64,000 nt of DNA from an uncultured Poribacteria bacterium (GCA_951813565.1 OX638351.1:3776001-3840000); one strand, 5' to 3'. Counted from the stretch's first letter, positions 29,875-40,516 are shown. Notes: generated by a model from the letters alone, not told the origin. Program-made: numbers and translations.

Positions 29875-32457
29875 CTAGGAACCACCTGAAGTCTTCGTAA
29901 ATTGAATACTCGCGTGGATCAACGACTCGGTTGCACCAAAAGTTAATTGATAAATAGGTTTTTCCCACTTGTATTGATAATCACTTCCATAAGCAGATAC
30001 ACCCATCGGAATATAATCATCCGGCACATGAATAAAAAATGTTCCCTCTGCCTGCCGAGGCGGTTGACAGATGAGCAGATAACTTTGACTGTGGCTATCC
30101 CACCCTGCTGACAATATCTCAACACTGCCTTGGGTGTAATGCATGTCTGTAGAAAGCAGTTGGGGCACCTGTTGTTCTTCACGTAAGCATAGCAATTTGG
30201 CTGAACGTGGTGCGACATTCATCAAAGTGACATTCTTAGAAACAACGCCTAAGTATTGGCGCATCCAAAAATCATGAACGAGATAGTCCTTGTCTGGATT
30301 AAGTCCGATGGCTGCTAAATTCAGATGGATATCGTCCTGTTGATCTTTCCAATTAAATATGCCAACAAGATTCCAAGATTCGTGTGTTTTTTCAATAGAT
30401 AGACGTAAAATTCGTGGAAAAGCTTCATCATAAAGGTCAATCGGGGTGGCTGCCTCTCCAGAAAGCGGGAATAATTTTGCTATTAATTCAGCGCGTAGTG
30501 AAGAAAAAGTTGTTGGGGTATTCGCACATGAAACTGCGGCACCACTCAATGCGGCAGCAGTCATCTCAACAATTGACTCGTTTATCGGACGAGGCGCATC
30601 TACGTTTAAGTCGCCGTATGCGTGGTTCCAGAGTATGTTACGCGCGGTAAGATACCCAGCATAGCGGCTAAACCTATGTTTTATCCCATTTTGTTGATGC
30701 CATGAGTCACTGTTGTCTACATACTTCTGGCGCAAAAGTGGGTAATTAAGAGAAAAACTCCCGATACTAACACTTTCAATGATGTTATAACCTGCCAGTA
30801 TCACATCATTTTGAGTTGCTTCAACTGCTTCTGTAAGCAAACGAACGGCTAAGCGGTACAATTCAACTGAAGTAAGGGAGCTGTCATGCCAAGTCACATT
30901 CGGTGCTACTGACATCATGCCACTTGTATAACTTGACAAATCCGCTTTAATCAAGTCATATCCCCATTCATCTACTAACTGTTTTACTATTTTTCGGACG
31001 TGTACTTGCGTTTCAGGATGTGAAACATCCAATATTGCCAGAGCCGCCCCTCTGCCCGGAAGATGTAACTCAACGGGTTTACCCGAAACATCCTTTTTTC
31101 GGGATTTACCACCTTTTGATGGTGTTTGTTCTGTGTTTTTAGATCGTAGACACGCTTCAGGGTACTTTTGGACTAATTCTGAATTCCGTTCAATGCCAAA
31201 TGGGTCAATACAGATGCTGGCTTTAAACCCTTCCGCGTGAATCTCCTCAACTATAGGTGCCATACCTTCAGGGAAACGTTCTCTATCCAACGACAAATAC
31301 CCAGGATTTGCCTGCCATCCTGCTTCCAAATGAATGTAGTCTATTCCACCGGTGAGTGTAGGTTTAAATAAAGGATTTTGGGCAATTGAACGGGTTTGTT
31401 CAGTGATGCTATTCGCACACAGTTCCTGTTCAATGTTTTCCGATGATAAACTCCAACCAGAGAAAGTTTTCTGATCAATGTGGCTTGTGGATGTTACGTT
31501 ATCGGAACTATTTTCTGATAAATCTGGTGGTATTTGCACACCGTTTTCAGCAGCGAGGCGTTCGGTATAACGCGTATAAGATGAGGAAGCAGTATCCGAA
31601 AAATCAAGATAGCCAATCTCCGATGTGACTTCCTCCCCCGATTGACACGATTTATGTTCACAGTCATGGTAAAGTGCCCAAGTCGTTAAACCTTGCTGAG
31701 ATTTACGTTTAGAAGCTTGATAGCCGATCTGCATGCGGGGCCACCACTTGTTTGTCGTGATGAACCCGAATACAAGTGACTTTTTGCTATCGGTGTCGTG
31801 TAGGAGGGCATCTTGACACGGTTGTAAGATATTATCTTCATTCAAACTAAATCCATCATAGATTTTACGGTGGGTGCCTGGACTGGGGGATATCGGAGGC
31901 ATTTTTAGGTAGAGATGGTATTGAGATGGATGACCACCTAATTGGATTGCGCCTTGTTGTGTAGAAACATCAATTAGAGTGATATTTTTTAAGCAGATAG
32001 GGGTTAGGTTTAAGTTTTCAACACCAACTTTTAATATAATATAGGGTTGGTCGGCGTAGCAGGTAAGGTAGTTGTGTATGCGTACACCGGTTGCATCAGA
32101 TGAATCACCTTTTTTAGGTGGAGAATCAGATGACTGTTGTGAACTGTCCGAATCACTTTTTTCTCGATGCTCGTTGGTTGTTTTGGTTTCATAAGAAAAC
32201 CGTAGGGTTTGATACGTTCCAAACGCATCTGTTTCTACAGGTTCAGTATGAAACTCCCGTAATCCAGCATCTGAGGTTTTCAACGTAGTTCCATCTTTAA
32301 GTTCTATCCATGTGAATGCGTTCTTAATAACTCTTTTGCCTTTTTTATCGCTATAATTCCATGTTCCTTTAGACAAATTAAATTCAATTTGGTACTTTTG
32401 ATGGTTTATTACGACGAGTTTTCCACGCCGCGAGATGGCTAAGTCCTCAAGTTTCAT
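29875..32457 (-). CDS. Alpha-galactosidase-like (GH36/GH27 fold) protein
   Basis: ERFPEGM, LDVSHPE, WGYDLIKAD and a C-terminal VGIFNW...VHDFW domain. Confidence 0.75.
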   Translation of the reverse strand: MKLEDLAISRRGKLVVINHQKYQIEFNLSKGTWNYSDKKGKRVIKNAFTWIELKDGTTLKTSDAGLREFHTEPVETDAFGTYQTLRFSYETKTTNEHREKSDSDSSQQSSDSPPKKGDSSDATGVRIHNYLTCYADQPYIILKVGVENLNLTPICLKNITLIDVSTQQGAIQLGGHPSQYHLYLKMPPISPSPGTHRKIYDGFSLNEDNILQPCQDALLHDTDSKKSLVFGFITTNKWWPRMQIGYQASKRKSQQGLTTWALYHDCEHKSCQSGEEVTSEIGYLDFSDTASSSYTRYTERLAAENGVQIPPDLSENSSDNVTSTSHIDQKTFSGWSLSSENIEQELCANSITEQTRSIAQNPLFKPTLTGGIDYIHLEAGWQANPGYLSLDRERFPEGMAPIVEEIHAEGFKASICIDPFGIERNSELVQKYPEACLRSKNTEQTPSKGGKSRKKDVSGKPVELHLPGRGAALAILDVSHPETQVHVRKIVKQLVDEWGYDLIKADLSSYTSGMMSVAPNVTWHDSSLTSVELYRLAVRLLTEAVEATQNDVILAGYNIIESVSIGSFSLNYPLLRQKYVDNSDSWHQQNGIKHRFSRYAGYLTARNILWNHAYGDLNVDAPRPINESIVEMTAAALSGAAVSCANTPTTFSSLRAELIAKLFPLSGEAATPIDLYDEAFPRILRLSIEKTHESWNLVGIFNWKDQQDDIHLNLAAIGLNPDKDYLVHDFWMRQYLGVVSKNVTLMNVAPRSAKLLCLREEQQVPQLLSTDMHYTQGSVEILSAGWDSHSQSYLLICQPPRQAEGTFFIHVPDDYIPMGVSAYGSDYQYKWEKPIYQLTFGATESLIHASIQFTKTSGGS

Positions 32458-32584
32458 GCACGTTTTCCTTTTCCAAGCAAGTAAACACGACTTTAATGTA
32501 GGATATTTATGGTAGATTTTACAATTAATGATACACGGTTGCCCGGCGCGCTTATAAAACTCACCTATAATTAGGAATGCACAC

Positions 32585-33145
32585 CTACAGATAACGGTAG
32601 AAGCTTAAACATATATCCCCATACTGTTTTTGTCTATCGCATGTGAGTAATCCAAAATTCAATGGTAGTAAGGTATGTTTACTATGTTCTACGAGAAGTA
32701 TTCCTATAGATTCAAGTATGCATGTGTCTGATATATGTGAAAGGCATTTATTGTAAAGTTCCGCATCGTAAGGTGGATCAAAATAAACAAGTTCAAATGC
32801 CTCTGATCGCTTATGTAGCGTATTAATACCTTTTACAACATCCGCTTGAATCAACTGGACCTGTGGATTGCTGGCATCTAAACCACATGCTTGTAGATTC
32901 TGTTCAATCAATCGGAGACACTTCAGATTTCGTTCCAAGAAGGTTACCTGTTTTGCACCACGACTAAGTGCCTCAATACCGATATTACCAGTACCAGAAC
33001 ATAAGTCAAGAAATCTGGCATTAATCACTTTTTCTTGTAAAATACTAAAAACAGACTCTTTGACTCTATCTGTTGTCGGCCGAACAGTCAGGTTTTTAGG
33101 TGTAGTTAAGCGTCTACCCTTAAATTTGCCTGCGATAACTCGCAT
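32585..33145 (-). CDS. rsmD: 16S rRNA m2G966 methyltransferase
   Basis: MRVIAGKFKGR, RPTTDRVKES, EALSRGA and DPPY motifs. Confidence 0.95.
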   Translation of the reverse strand: MRVIAGKFKGRRLTTPKNLTVRPTTDRVKESVFSILQEKVINARFLDLCSGTGNIGIEALSRGAKQVTFLERNLKCLRLIEQNLQACGLDASNPQVQLIQADVVKGINTLHKRSEAFELVYFDPPYDAELYNKCLSHISDTCILESIGILLVEHSKHTLLPLNFGLLTCDRQKQYGDICLSFYRYL

Positions 33146-33228
33146 TTAGACACCTATGTCAGGTATCTGCCATATTGAATGCTCCGTAAATGAAAATTTA
33201 TCTGACAGACACCTGACGGATGCGATTT

Positions 33229-34536
33229 TTAAACAAACAATTCTTTAATTACTGTGCCTTCATTGACAACCCGTATCGGACGACCAGAACGAGAGTAATT
33301 TTCTTCTTCATAATTGATCCCTAAAGCAAAACAGAGTGAAGCAAACAGGTTCGGCACAGCTATCGGATCAGTGATCACTTTTGTCCCATCTTCATTGGTA
33401 CTTCCAATGACCTGTCCACCACGTGTCCCTCCACCTGCTATCACAGCGGACCAACCGTTTGGATGATGATCGCGTCCATCATTCATATTAATTTGCGGTG
33501 TTCGTCCGAATTCTCCAAGCCATAGAACGACGGTTTCGTCAAGCAAATCACGTTGGCTCAGGTCTTTGATCAGCATAGCGAACGCTGGGTCAACTACATC
33601 AAGGAGTTCTTTAGTTCTTTCAAAGTTATTTTCGTGTGTATCCCAACCATCAAGCGTGATCTCAACGAATTTAACGCCAGATTCAACAAGACGTCTTGCC
33701 ATCAAACAACCTTGCCCGAATTGATTCATGCCGTAAGCTTCGCGTATTTCCTTAGGTTCTTCCTTAAGTTCAAACGCTTTAATGTTGGGTGAGTTAATAA
33801 GTTCGTCGGCTTTCTTGTAGATAGCTTCGTGTGCTTCTGTCCCGTGCCCGGGGCGTTTGGAAATAAAATCTTCTTCAAGGTTCTTAAGCATTTTGAGACG
33901 TTCACGAAAACGGTACTTATCCATTTGTGCTGGATATTCAATATCTTCCACTTTTTCCAGCGGGTTACTCACAACAAACGGGTCGTGAGAAGCACCAAGG
34001 AAACCACCAGAGTATGTTGGCGAATTGATATTCACACAACTTGGCAGCTGAGATTCGTCGTCGTCAAGATAATAAGAGGTCAATGAACCCAAGGTGGGGT
34101 GTCGGACTGCACCGCCGGGTGCGTATCCGGTATGTAGTAAATAACGTGCGCGTTCATGGTTGCCTTCGCGAGATACCATTGATCGAATAACAGACAAGTG
34201 ATGTGCTTGTTCAGCAACAAGTGGGAGATGTTCTGAAAACTGAACACCTTTAACACTTGTCGGAATCGGCATGAAAGGACCGCTATTTTTTACTGACGGG
34301 TCTTTTGGGTCGAAGGTATCTAACTGACTTGGGCCACCGCTCATAAACATTACGATGCAATGTTTCGCACGTGGGATAACCTGTTCTAATTGTGCGTTCC
34401 CTGCAGAACCAAAGTGTTGCATTGCAACGAGCCCAAGAAAACTACTTACGCCATACTTGAAAAAACTGCGTCTGGAAATTTCATTATGCCATAATTCAGG
34501 GGTATCATATTCGGGGATCCACAATCCTGATCTCAT
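33229..34536 (-). CDS. DUF1501 family protein with a Tat-like leader
   Basis: SRRSFFK, GGPSQLDTFDPK, WDTH, GEFGRTP and GRDH motifs. Confidence 0.9.
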   Translation of the reverse strand: MRSGLWIPEYDTPELWHNEISRRSFFKYGVSSFLGLVAMQHFGSAGNAQLEQVIPRAKHCIVMFMSGGPSQLDTFDPKDPSVKNSGPFMPIPTSVKGVQFSEHLPLVAEQAHHLSVIRSMVSREGNHERARYLLHTGYAPGGAVRHPTLGSLTSYYLDDDESQLPSCVNINSPTYSGGFLGASHDPFVVSNPLEKVEDIEYPAQMDKYRFRERLKMLKNLEEDFISKRPGHGTEAHEAIYKKADELINSPNIKAFELKEEPKEIREAYGMNQFGQGCLMARRLVESGVKFVEITLDGWDTHENNFERTKELLDVVDPAFAMLIKDLSQRDLLDETVVLWLGEFGRTPQINMNDGRDHHPNGWSAVIAGGGTRGGQVIGSTNEDGTKVITDPIAVPNLFASLCFALGINYEEENYSRSGRPIRVVNEGTVIKELFV

Positions 34537-34942
34537 TTATTTTACAGCATTTTGAACGCAGGCATCTATGCCAGCAAATGCTTCTCCTAAATTTACCCGC
34601 TACAAAGGTCAAGTTACATTCACACCTGCGGGATAGGTGTCAATTTCTGACGTTGTTAGTCTAAAAAATATATCTGCTCCAATTGCTTTCTTTTTGCGAC
34701 TATATAACATTTTTTTGGTCAACACGCTTACGTCCTAACCCATCTTGACATAAGCTGCTTCCTCAACGACCTTATAGTGTTTGATGGTGGACATCAATAA
34801 TATAATAACATACTTACATTTCAAAAACAAGTTAAAAATCAGGATAAGGAAGAAACACGTTTAGTCGTAACTCATTACGACTTTTTCTTGTAGGATAGCT
34901 CTTTAAGTCCGATAAAGCGCGTAAGGTTTCGCAAATTCTACT

Positions 34943-35565
34943 CCATAGGTGTAAACTTAAGAAAAAAATGCTGGATTTTCTCTTGTGGGAGGGCTTTGTA
35001 AACCCGATCTCCCTCTTACATTGTGGGAGGGCTTTGTAAGCCCGATTATATATCAGTGTATCGGGGTTGAAAACCCGCAGCATGCCATACGCGCATGCTG
35101 CGTTGATTCGCTCCCACAAGAGGATATATCCTTAAGTTTACACCTATGGGTAGAGCTTGCGAAACCCATAGGCGTCAATTTAAGCACATAATTACCAGAT
35201 TGTCTCTTGTGGGAGGGCTTTGTAAGCCCGATATTGTGAGACTCAAACCGTTATATCGGGGTTGAAAACCCGCCAAATGCCATACGCGCATGCTGCGTTG
35301 ATTCACTCCCACAATAGGATATATCCTAAAATTGACGCCTATGAGTAGAGCGAAGCGAAACCTATAGGCTTCAATTTAGTGTCTGATTTTCTTGTAGGAG
35401 GGCTTTCTAAGCCCGATATTGTGAGACTCAAACCGTTATATCGGGGTTGAAAACCCGCCAAATGCCAAAAAGCGCATTTGGCGTTGATTTGGCAGCATGC
35501 CATACGCGCATGCTGCGTTGATTCGCTCCCACAAGAGGATATATCCTAAAATTGACGCCTATGGG
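34943..35565. repeat. Three tandem ~200-bp inverted-repeat units (family D), each holding a REP pair
   Basis: Ends CCATAGG(C/T)GT(C/A)AA...TT(G/T)AC(G/A)CCTATG; units are joined by GTAGAGC...GCGAAACC REP hairpins. Confidence 0.8.
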
Positions 35566-35787
35566 TAGAGCTTACGACACCCGACATGGTAGCAGGCAGG
35601 CGCCGCGTGCCGTAGCAAGTTTTGACACATTAAATCAACAATGTAAGAGGCACAATGAATTGCGCGACTACGAACGCCGATACGCTTAGAATTCGAGCGA
35701 ATCCGCGATTCAGACATCAAAAATCCATCTTGCGAATTATCCCCTGCTGTGCTAATATATCATAAAAGTTTCAAAGGAGATATAAAT

Positions 35788-36657
35788 ATGTTTAAAATCG
35801 GTGTTATCGGAGACGAGGTTTCACAAGACTTCGCCACCGTAGTCAATTTTGTCCAAGAATTCAACTTGGACTCCATAGAGATTCGTTCGGTATGGGACAA
35901 ACTTCCGCATCAACTCACTGATACCGATATAGACGAAATGAAACGTCTACTTGACGGCACAGACATAGAGATAATCGGTGTTGCATCCCCGTTCTTCAAA
36001 TGCGATATGGACAACACGGAGGAACGCAAAGAACATCTTGACATTCTGAAAGGATGTATCCGTACAGCAAAAGCATTTGACACAAACTTGATTCGCACCT
36101 TTGTTTTTTGGGATACCGGTAAAACAGCGGAACGTTGGGACGAAATCATCGCTTCTTACGATGAACCGCGCAAAATAATTGATGGTGAAGGCGTTGTGCT
36201 CGGTATGGAAAATGAATCTACCACCTCACTCAGTACCGCCAAACTCACCGCACAATTCATTGAAGAAATTGACTCTCCGAACATTCGCGGTATTTGGGAC
36301 CCCGCCAATGAAGCACACGCAAAGGGCGGCGTGACACCATATCCTGATGCATACAATCAGATGAAACCGACAATGGTCCATGCACATCTCAAGGATGCTG
36401 CACCAAATCCGGATACAGGTGAAATGGAATCTGTCCCTGTCGGTGACGGCGTTATTGACTGGCAAGGGCAGCTGCAAGCGTTCGTTGATGATGGTTATGA
36501 AGGACATCTCTGTCTTGAAACACACTGGCGGCCTTCTCTCAAAATTGACGATGACCTTCTCAACAAACCGGGTGGAAAAGCCTTTTCTGAAGCAGGAGAA
36601 GAAGCCTCACGTATCTGTATCGAAAAGTTGCAGGCAATGATCGAAAAATTAAAGTAA
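35788..36657 (+). CDS. Sugar phosphate isomerase/epimerase
   Basis: IEIR, GMENE, WDPAN, HLKD and LETH motifs; AAGGAG RBS. Confidence 0.9.
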   Translation: MFKIGVIGDEVSQDFATVVNFVQEFNLDSIEIRSVWDKLPHQLTDTDIDEMKRLLDGTDIEIIGVASPFFKCDMDNTEERKEHLDILKGCIRTAKAFDTNLIRTFVFWDTGKTAERWDEIIASYDEPRKIIDGEGVVLGMENESTTSLSTAKLTAQFIEEIDSPNIRGIWDPANEAHAKGGVTPYPDAYNQMKPTMVHAHLKDAAPNPDTGEMESVPVGDGVIDWQGQLQAFVDDGYEGHLCLETHWRPSLKIDDDLLNKPGGKAFSEAGEEASRICIEKLQAMIEKLK

Positions 36658-36669
36658 TAGGCAAATCCA

Positions 36670-37755
36670 ATGAAAATTAAAGCGGTTCGCACCTCGCTTT
36701 ACGACATTCCACCACAAGTCGAACGCACCGACGCTATTCAGGCATTCGTCTCAATGGAATTTCCGTTTATTGAGATTGAAGATGCAGACGGTGTGATAGG
36801 CACTGGCTTTTCTTATACAATCGGCAAAGGTGGTGAAGCGATTAAACAGATTATAGACGCCTACCTCACACCTATTCTTCTGGAAGAGGATGCTGCCAAC
36901 ATAGACCGAATTTGGAATCGGATGTGGATGGAAACGCATTGGGTAGGCAGAGGTGGTATAGTGGGGTTAGGAATGGCAGCAGTGGATATTGCCTTATGGG
37001 ACCTCATGGCGAAGCGAGCAGAATTACCCCTCTATCAACTACTTGGTGGGGCGAGAAGTGCTGTACCTGTTTACAACACAGATGGTGGTTGGTTACATCT
37101 CACAGAAGATGAACTTGTGAGACAATCCGTAGAATTTGTGGAGCAGGGATTCAAAGGTATAAAGATCAAAGTCGGGCGCGACAGTCTACACGAAGACGTA
37201 GCAAGGATATTCGCTGTCAGAAAAGCAATCGGGCAAGACCCCTACCTTATGATTGATGCCAACATGAAGTGGAATGCACGGGAGGCAATTCAACTTGCAT
37301 GCCGTGTGGAAGAAGCAGACCTTTTCTGGTTTGAAGAACCGATTGAGGCGGATGATGTTGATAGTCATGTCGTATTGCGAGAAAAAACAACTATCCCCAT
37401 TGCTATAGGTGAGACGATTTACAATAAATTTGTGTTTCAGGAATACATCACACAAGGCGCGGCAGACATTTTACAACCCGATGCGGTACGTGTCGGTGGT
37501 ATCACTGAATGGATGAAGGTTGCGCATACGGCTGAATGCTTCGGTCTTTCCGTCTCGCCCCACTTTCTGATGGATTTACACGTGCATCTTTCTGCTGCCG
37601 TTCCACATTCACTCTTTGTGGAATATATCCCTTCACTTGATCCTGTGTTGTGCGATACTTTAACTCTCAAAGATGGGAATTTTTCTCCGCCTGATCGTCC
37701 CGGGCACGGCATACTGTTTGATAAAGAAAAATTGAAACAATATCAAATATCGTAA
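36670..37755 (+). CDS. Mandelate racemase/muconate lactonizing enzyme family protein
   Basis: DIALWD, KIKVG, IDAN, FEEP, GE and QPD motifs. Confidence 0.92.
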   Translation: MKIKAVRTSLYDIPPQVERTDAIQAFVSMEFPFIEIEDADGVIGTGFSYTIGKGGEAIKQIIDAYLTPILLEEDAANIDRIWNRMWMETHWVGRGGIVGLGMAAVDIALWDLMAKRAELPLYQLLGGARSAVPVYNTDGGWLHLTEDELVRQSVEFVEQGFKGIKIKVGRDSLHEDVARIFAVRKAIGQDPYLMIDANMKWNAREAIQLACRVEEADLFWFEEPIEADDVDSHVVLREKTTIPIAIGETIYNKFVFQEYITQGAADILQPDAVRVGGITEWMKVAHTAECFGLSVSPHFLMDLHVHLSAAVPHSLFVEYIPSLDPVLCDTLTLKDGNFSPPDRPGHGILFDKEKLKQYQIS

Positions 37756-37899
37756 ACCTGATTGACAACATGTGGTGCTTTGTAAACCCGATTTGTCTTT
37801 CTTGAGGTGATTGTTAAAACCTAATTCAAACGCTAATCAACGCTGTGAATGTGCCTACGGCATTCGGCGACGTGTGCCTACTACCATGAGGAACAACCA

Positions 37900-38610
37900 T
37901 TGAAACTTGAAAATCGCATCGCAATAATTACAGGCGGCGGACGCGGTATCGGTCGTGCTACTGCTTTGGCATTAGCAAAAGAAGGGGCAGATATTGTTCT
38001 CGCTGCACGGACCGAAAATGAGATCGCTGCCGTTGCCGATGAGGTAAAGCAACTCGGCAGACGCGCGCTCGCCATCACAACCGATGTTCAACGTAAAACC
38101 GATGTTGACAGGATGGTATCCGAAACACTTGACATCTTCGGCAAGGTGGATATTCTCGTCAACAACGCAGGTGTGGCTATCCACAATCCGATACCCAAGA
38201 TACGTGAAGAAGATTGGGATGTGACAATGGCAGTAAATCTCAAAGGTGTTTTTCTCTGCACACAAGCTGTCTTTAGCCACATGTGTGGACAGAAATATGG
38301 GCATATTGTCAATGTTTCGTCGGTATCGGGCAAATATGGTCATGTCAACGGTGGTGCATATTGTGCCTCAAAGTTTGCTGTCATCGGTTTTACTGAAACG
38401 ACAAACAATGAAGGCAGACCGCACGGTGTAAAATCTTCAGTTGTCTGTCCCGGTCCGGTTGATACCAAAATGCGCCGCGATAATCACCCTGACGATGTAA
38501 TCGAGCATCTAACACAACCCGAAGATGTAGCGGATCTTATTCTATTTCTTGTATCGCAATCACCCCGCGCGCATACACTTGAGACTGTAATTCGTACCCC
38601 TTTAATGTAA
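37900..38610 (+). CDS. Short-chain dehydrogenase/reductase
   Basis: TGGGRGIG, NNAG and YCASK motifs. Confidence 0.93.
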   Translation: MKLENRIAIITGGGRGIGRATALALAKEGADIVLAARTENEIAAVADEVKQLGRRALAITTDVQRKTDVDRMVSETLDIFGKVDILVNNAGVAIHNPIPKIREEDWDVTMAVNLKGVFLCTQAVFSHMCGQKYGHIVNVSSVSGKYGHVNGGAYCASKFAVIGFTETTNNEGRPHGVKSSVVCPGPVDTKMRRDNHPDDVIEHLTQPEDVADLILFLVSQSPRAHTLETVIRTPLM

Positions 38611-38619
38611 GGAAAAGTA

Positions 38620-39219
38620 ATGAAATATACACTCTTCGCACTTCCAATTCTCTATCTATTGCTAAGCGGGTGTTCGGTGCCTTCAAATTCTACTAAATCG
38701 TCTGACGCTGTAAAAGGTTTTCGGATCGCGAGAAAGTTAGCATATTATGATTGGACAATTGATCCGGTTGAACGTTATTTCAGCGCGCAGGAATTAGAGT
38801 GGCTTGAAACCAATAAGGAAGCAATTGCAGATGAAATTGCTCTATTTATCGGTGATTATTCTACTCCAGCAATCCTTGTTGCAGGACACCTAAAATTAGA
38901 ATCCTGTTCTCCTATTCTACGTACAATATTGTTCAGTCTTCGGAGTCCTAATGGTGAATCTGGTGGTGATGGTGCTGATTACACACTGGAAGAAACCTTT
39001 CTCCGAGACACTATGTAACCACACCATGTGATGTACATTAAGGCAATTGAAAACATCACCGAACTTCCAATTCAAAAAGCCATAGTGCCAACTAACACAG
39101 AGATAAAACTGTCGCGTTCCTATGCTGAAAAAGCCTCAATAGATGGTGCAATCGGCGAAGCATGGTGCGCAAAGTGGTTGCTTCTAAAATTAAAACCATT
39201 ACCAAATAATGATAGATGA
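38620..39219 (+). pseudogene. Lipoprotein interrupted by an in-frame TAA at 39016-39018
   Basis: LSGC lipobox; the ORF at 39028-39219 continues in the same frame. Confidence 0.65.
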
Positions 39220-39253
39220 GATTCAACAAATATCGGAATATTTCATGATTATA

Positions 39254-39499
39254 ACGACTTGTGCCAGTTAAGTGAAAGTTTTGTTGTTTTTCACAATTGT
39301 TCATATTTTGGAATCAACGCCAAATACGCTTTTGGCATTTGGCCGGAGCGATCTCCGAATCGCGACACGTTGGCAGTCGGGAATCGGAGTTCCCTCCTAC
39401 CTTGAGGACAGCAGCTATCGGAAAAGTTGCGGAATGCAAACCCAAACAAGAGGAACATGTGAGATATAAATATACCAAATGTTAACTGGCACAACGCGT
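39254..39499 (-). mobile_element. 246-bp MITE, family A copy 2
   Basis: Inverted copy of 8008-8253 with a GATTATA target duplication. Confidence 0.85.
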
Positions 39500-39502
39500 G
39501 AT

Positions 39503-39679
39503 TATAGTAAAATCTAAAAATACCTGGACATTTTCTTAAGGTTAGCGGTGTTTGTAGTCGCGCAATTCATTGCCAAATCAACGCCAAGCGCACTTATGGC
39601 ACTTGTCGCCTCGGACATTTATGGTGTGTTGAAATCTGCATAAGAACAGAATGTCCAAATAATTATGGGTTTCACTATA
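39503..39679. mobile_element. Family C MITE (TATA-ended)
   Basis: Imperfect TIR TATAGTAAAATCTAAAA...TTATGGGTTTCACTATA; contains a REP with a hairpin insert. Confidence 0.7.
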
Positions 39680-39728
39680 AATGAAATCACCTGGAATAAT
39701 GGCTAAATCTGTCCACGCCTAAAAGAAA

Positions 39729-40493
39729 ATGTATATTGATTCGCACGCACATATTCAACTTTCCCAATTCAATAGTGATCGTGATGCAGTGCTAAAACGT
39801 GCACACGCAGCTGAAATCTCAACTATCCTTGTTATCGGGTTTGATTTAGAAACCAGTCTCGGTGCGGTTGAACTTGCAGAAAAACATAAAAACCTCTACG
39901 CTACCGTGGGGATGCACCCCCATGATGCAAAAGATTTGACCCCCGATGTGCTAAAAACTTTTCGTGACCTGTTAAGTCATCCGAAGGTGATTGCGCTCGG
40001 TGAAATAGGGTTGGATTACTATCGAAATCTATCTCCCCGTGCCGTGCAAAAAGAAGCGTTTGAAAAGCAATTAAACCTTGCCGAAGAGATGGGGATGCCA
40101 ATAATTGTGCATAACCGCGATGCGTATATGGACATTTTACCTATCTTGGAAACGCGACAGGGAAAAATCCAAGGTGTCCTACACTGCTTTACTGGCGATG
40201 TTGAACTCATGCACAGAAGTGCTGAAATTGGATTCCATATCGGCATCGGAGGGATTGTTACATATCCAAGTGCCAAAGACATGCAAGCTGTGGCGATGGA
40301 AATTCCATCAGAAAGGTTATTGATAGAAACCGATTGTCCATGGTTAGCACCGCAATTCCGACGTGGCAAACGAAACGAACCCGCGTACGTTCGCGCAGTT
40401 GCAGAAAAAATTGCCGAACTCCGTAATATCTCCGTAGAAGCAATTGGCAAAATGACAACACACAATTTCAATTCGCTGTTCATAACAGATTAA
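39729..40493 (+). CDS. tatD: TatD family nuclease
   Basis: IDSHAH, GMHPH, GEIGLDY, HCF and ETDCPWL motifs. Confidence 0.93.
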   Translation: MYIDSHAHIQLSQFNSDRDAVLKRAHAAEISTILVIGFDLETSLGAVELAEKHKNLYATVGMHPHDAKDLTPDVLKTFRDLLSHPKVIALGEIGLDYYRNLSPRAVQKEAFEKQLNLAEEMGMPIIVHNRDAYMDILPILETRQGKIQGVLHCFTGDVELMHRSAEIGFHIGIGGIVTYPSAKDMQAVAMEIPSERLLIETDCPWLAPQFRRGKRNEPAYVRAVAEKIAELRNISVEAIGKMTTHNFNSLFITD

Positions 40494-40516
40494 GCAGAAG
40501 GACAAAACTATCAAGT

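Noticed and set aside
34540..34800. Possible small gene upstream of DUF1501
   Set aside because: Only very short frames were found, with no recognisable motif.
34943..35565. Possible CRISPR array or coding region (ORFs 34832-35119 and 34985-35191)
   Set aside because: The units are ~200-bp palindromic repeats without unique spacers, and the ORFs are translations of repeat DNA.
39016..39018. Selenocysteine or pyrrolysine readthrough
   Set aside because: The stop is TAA, not TGA or TAG.
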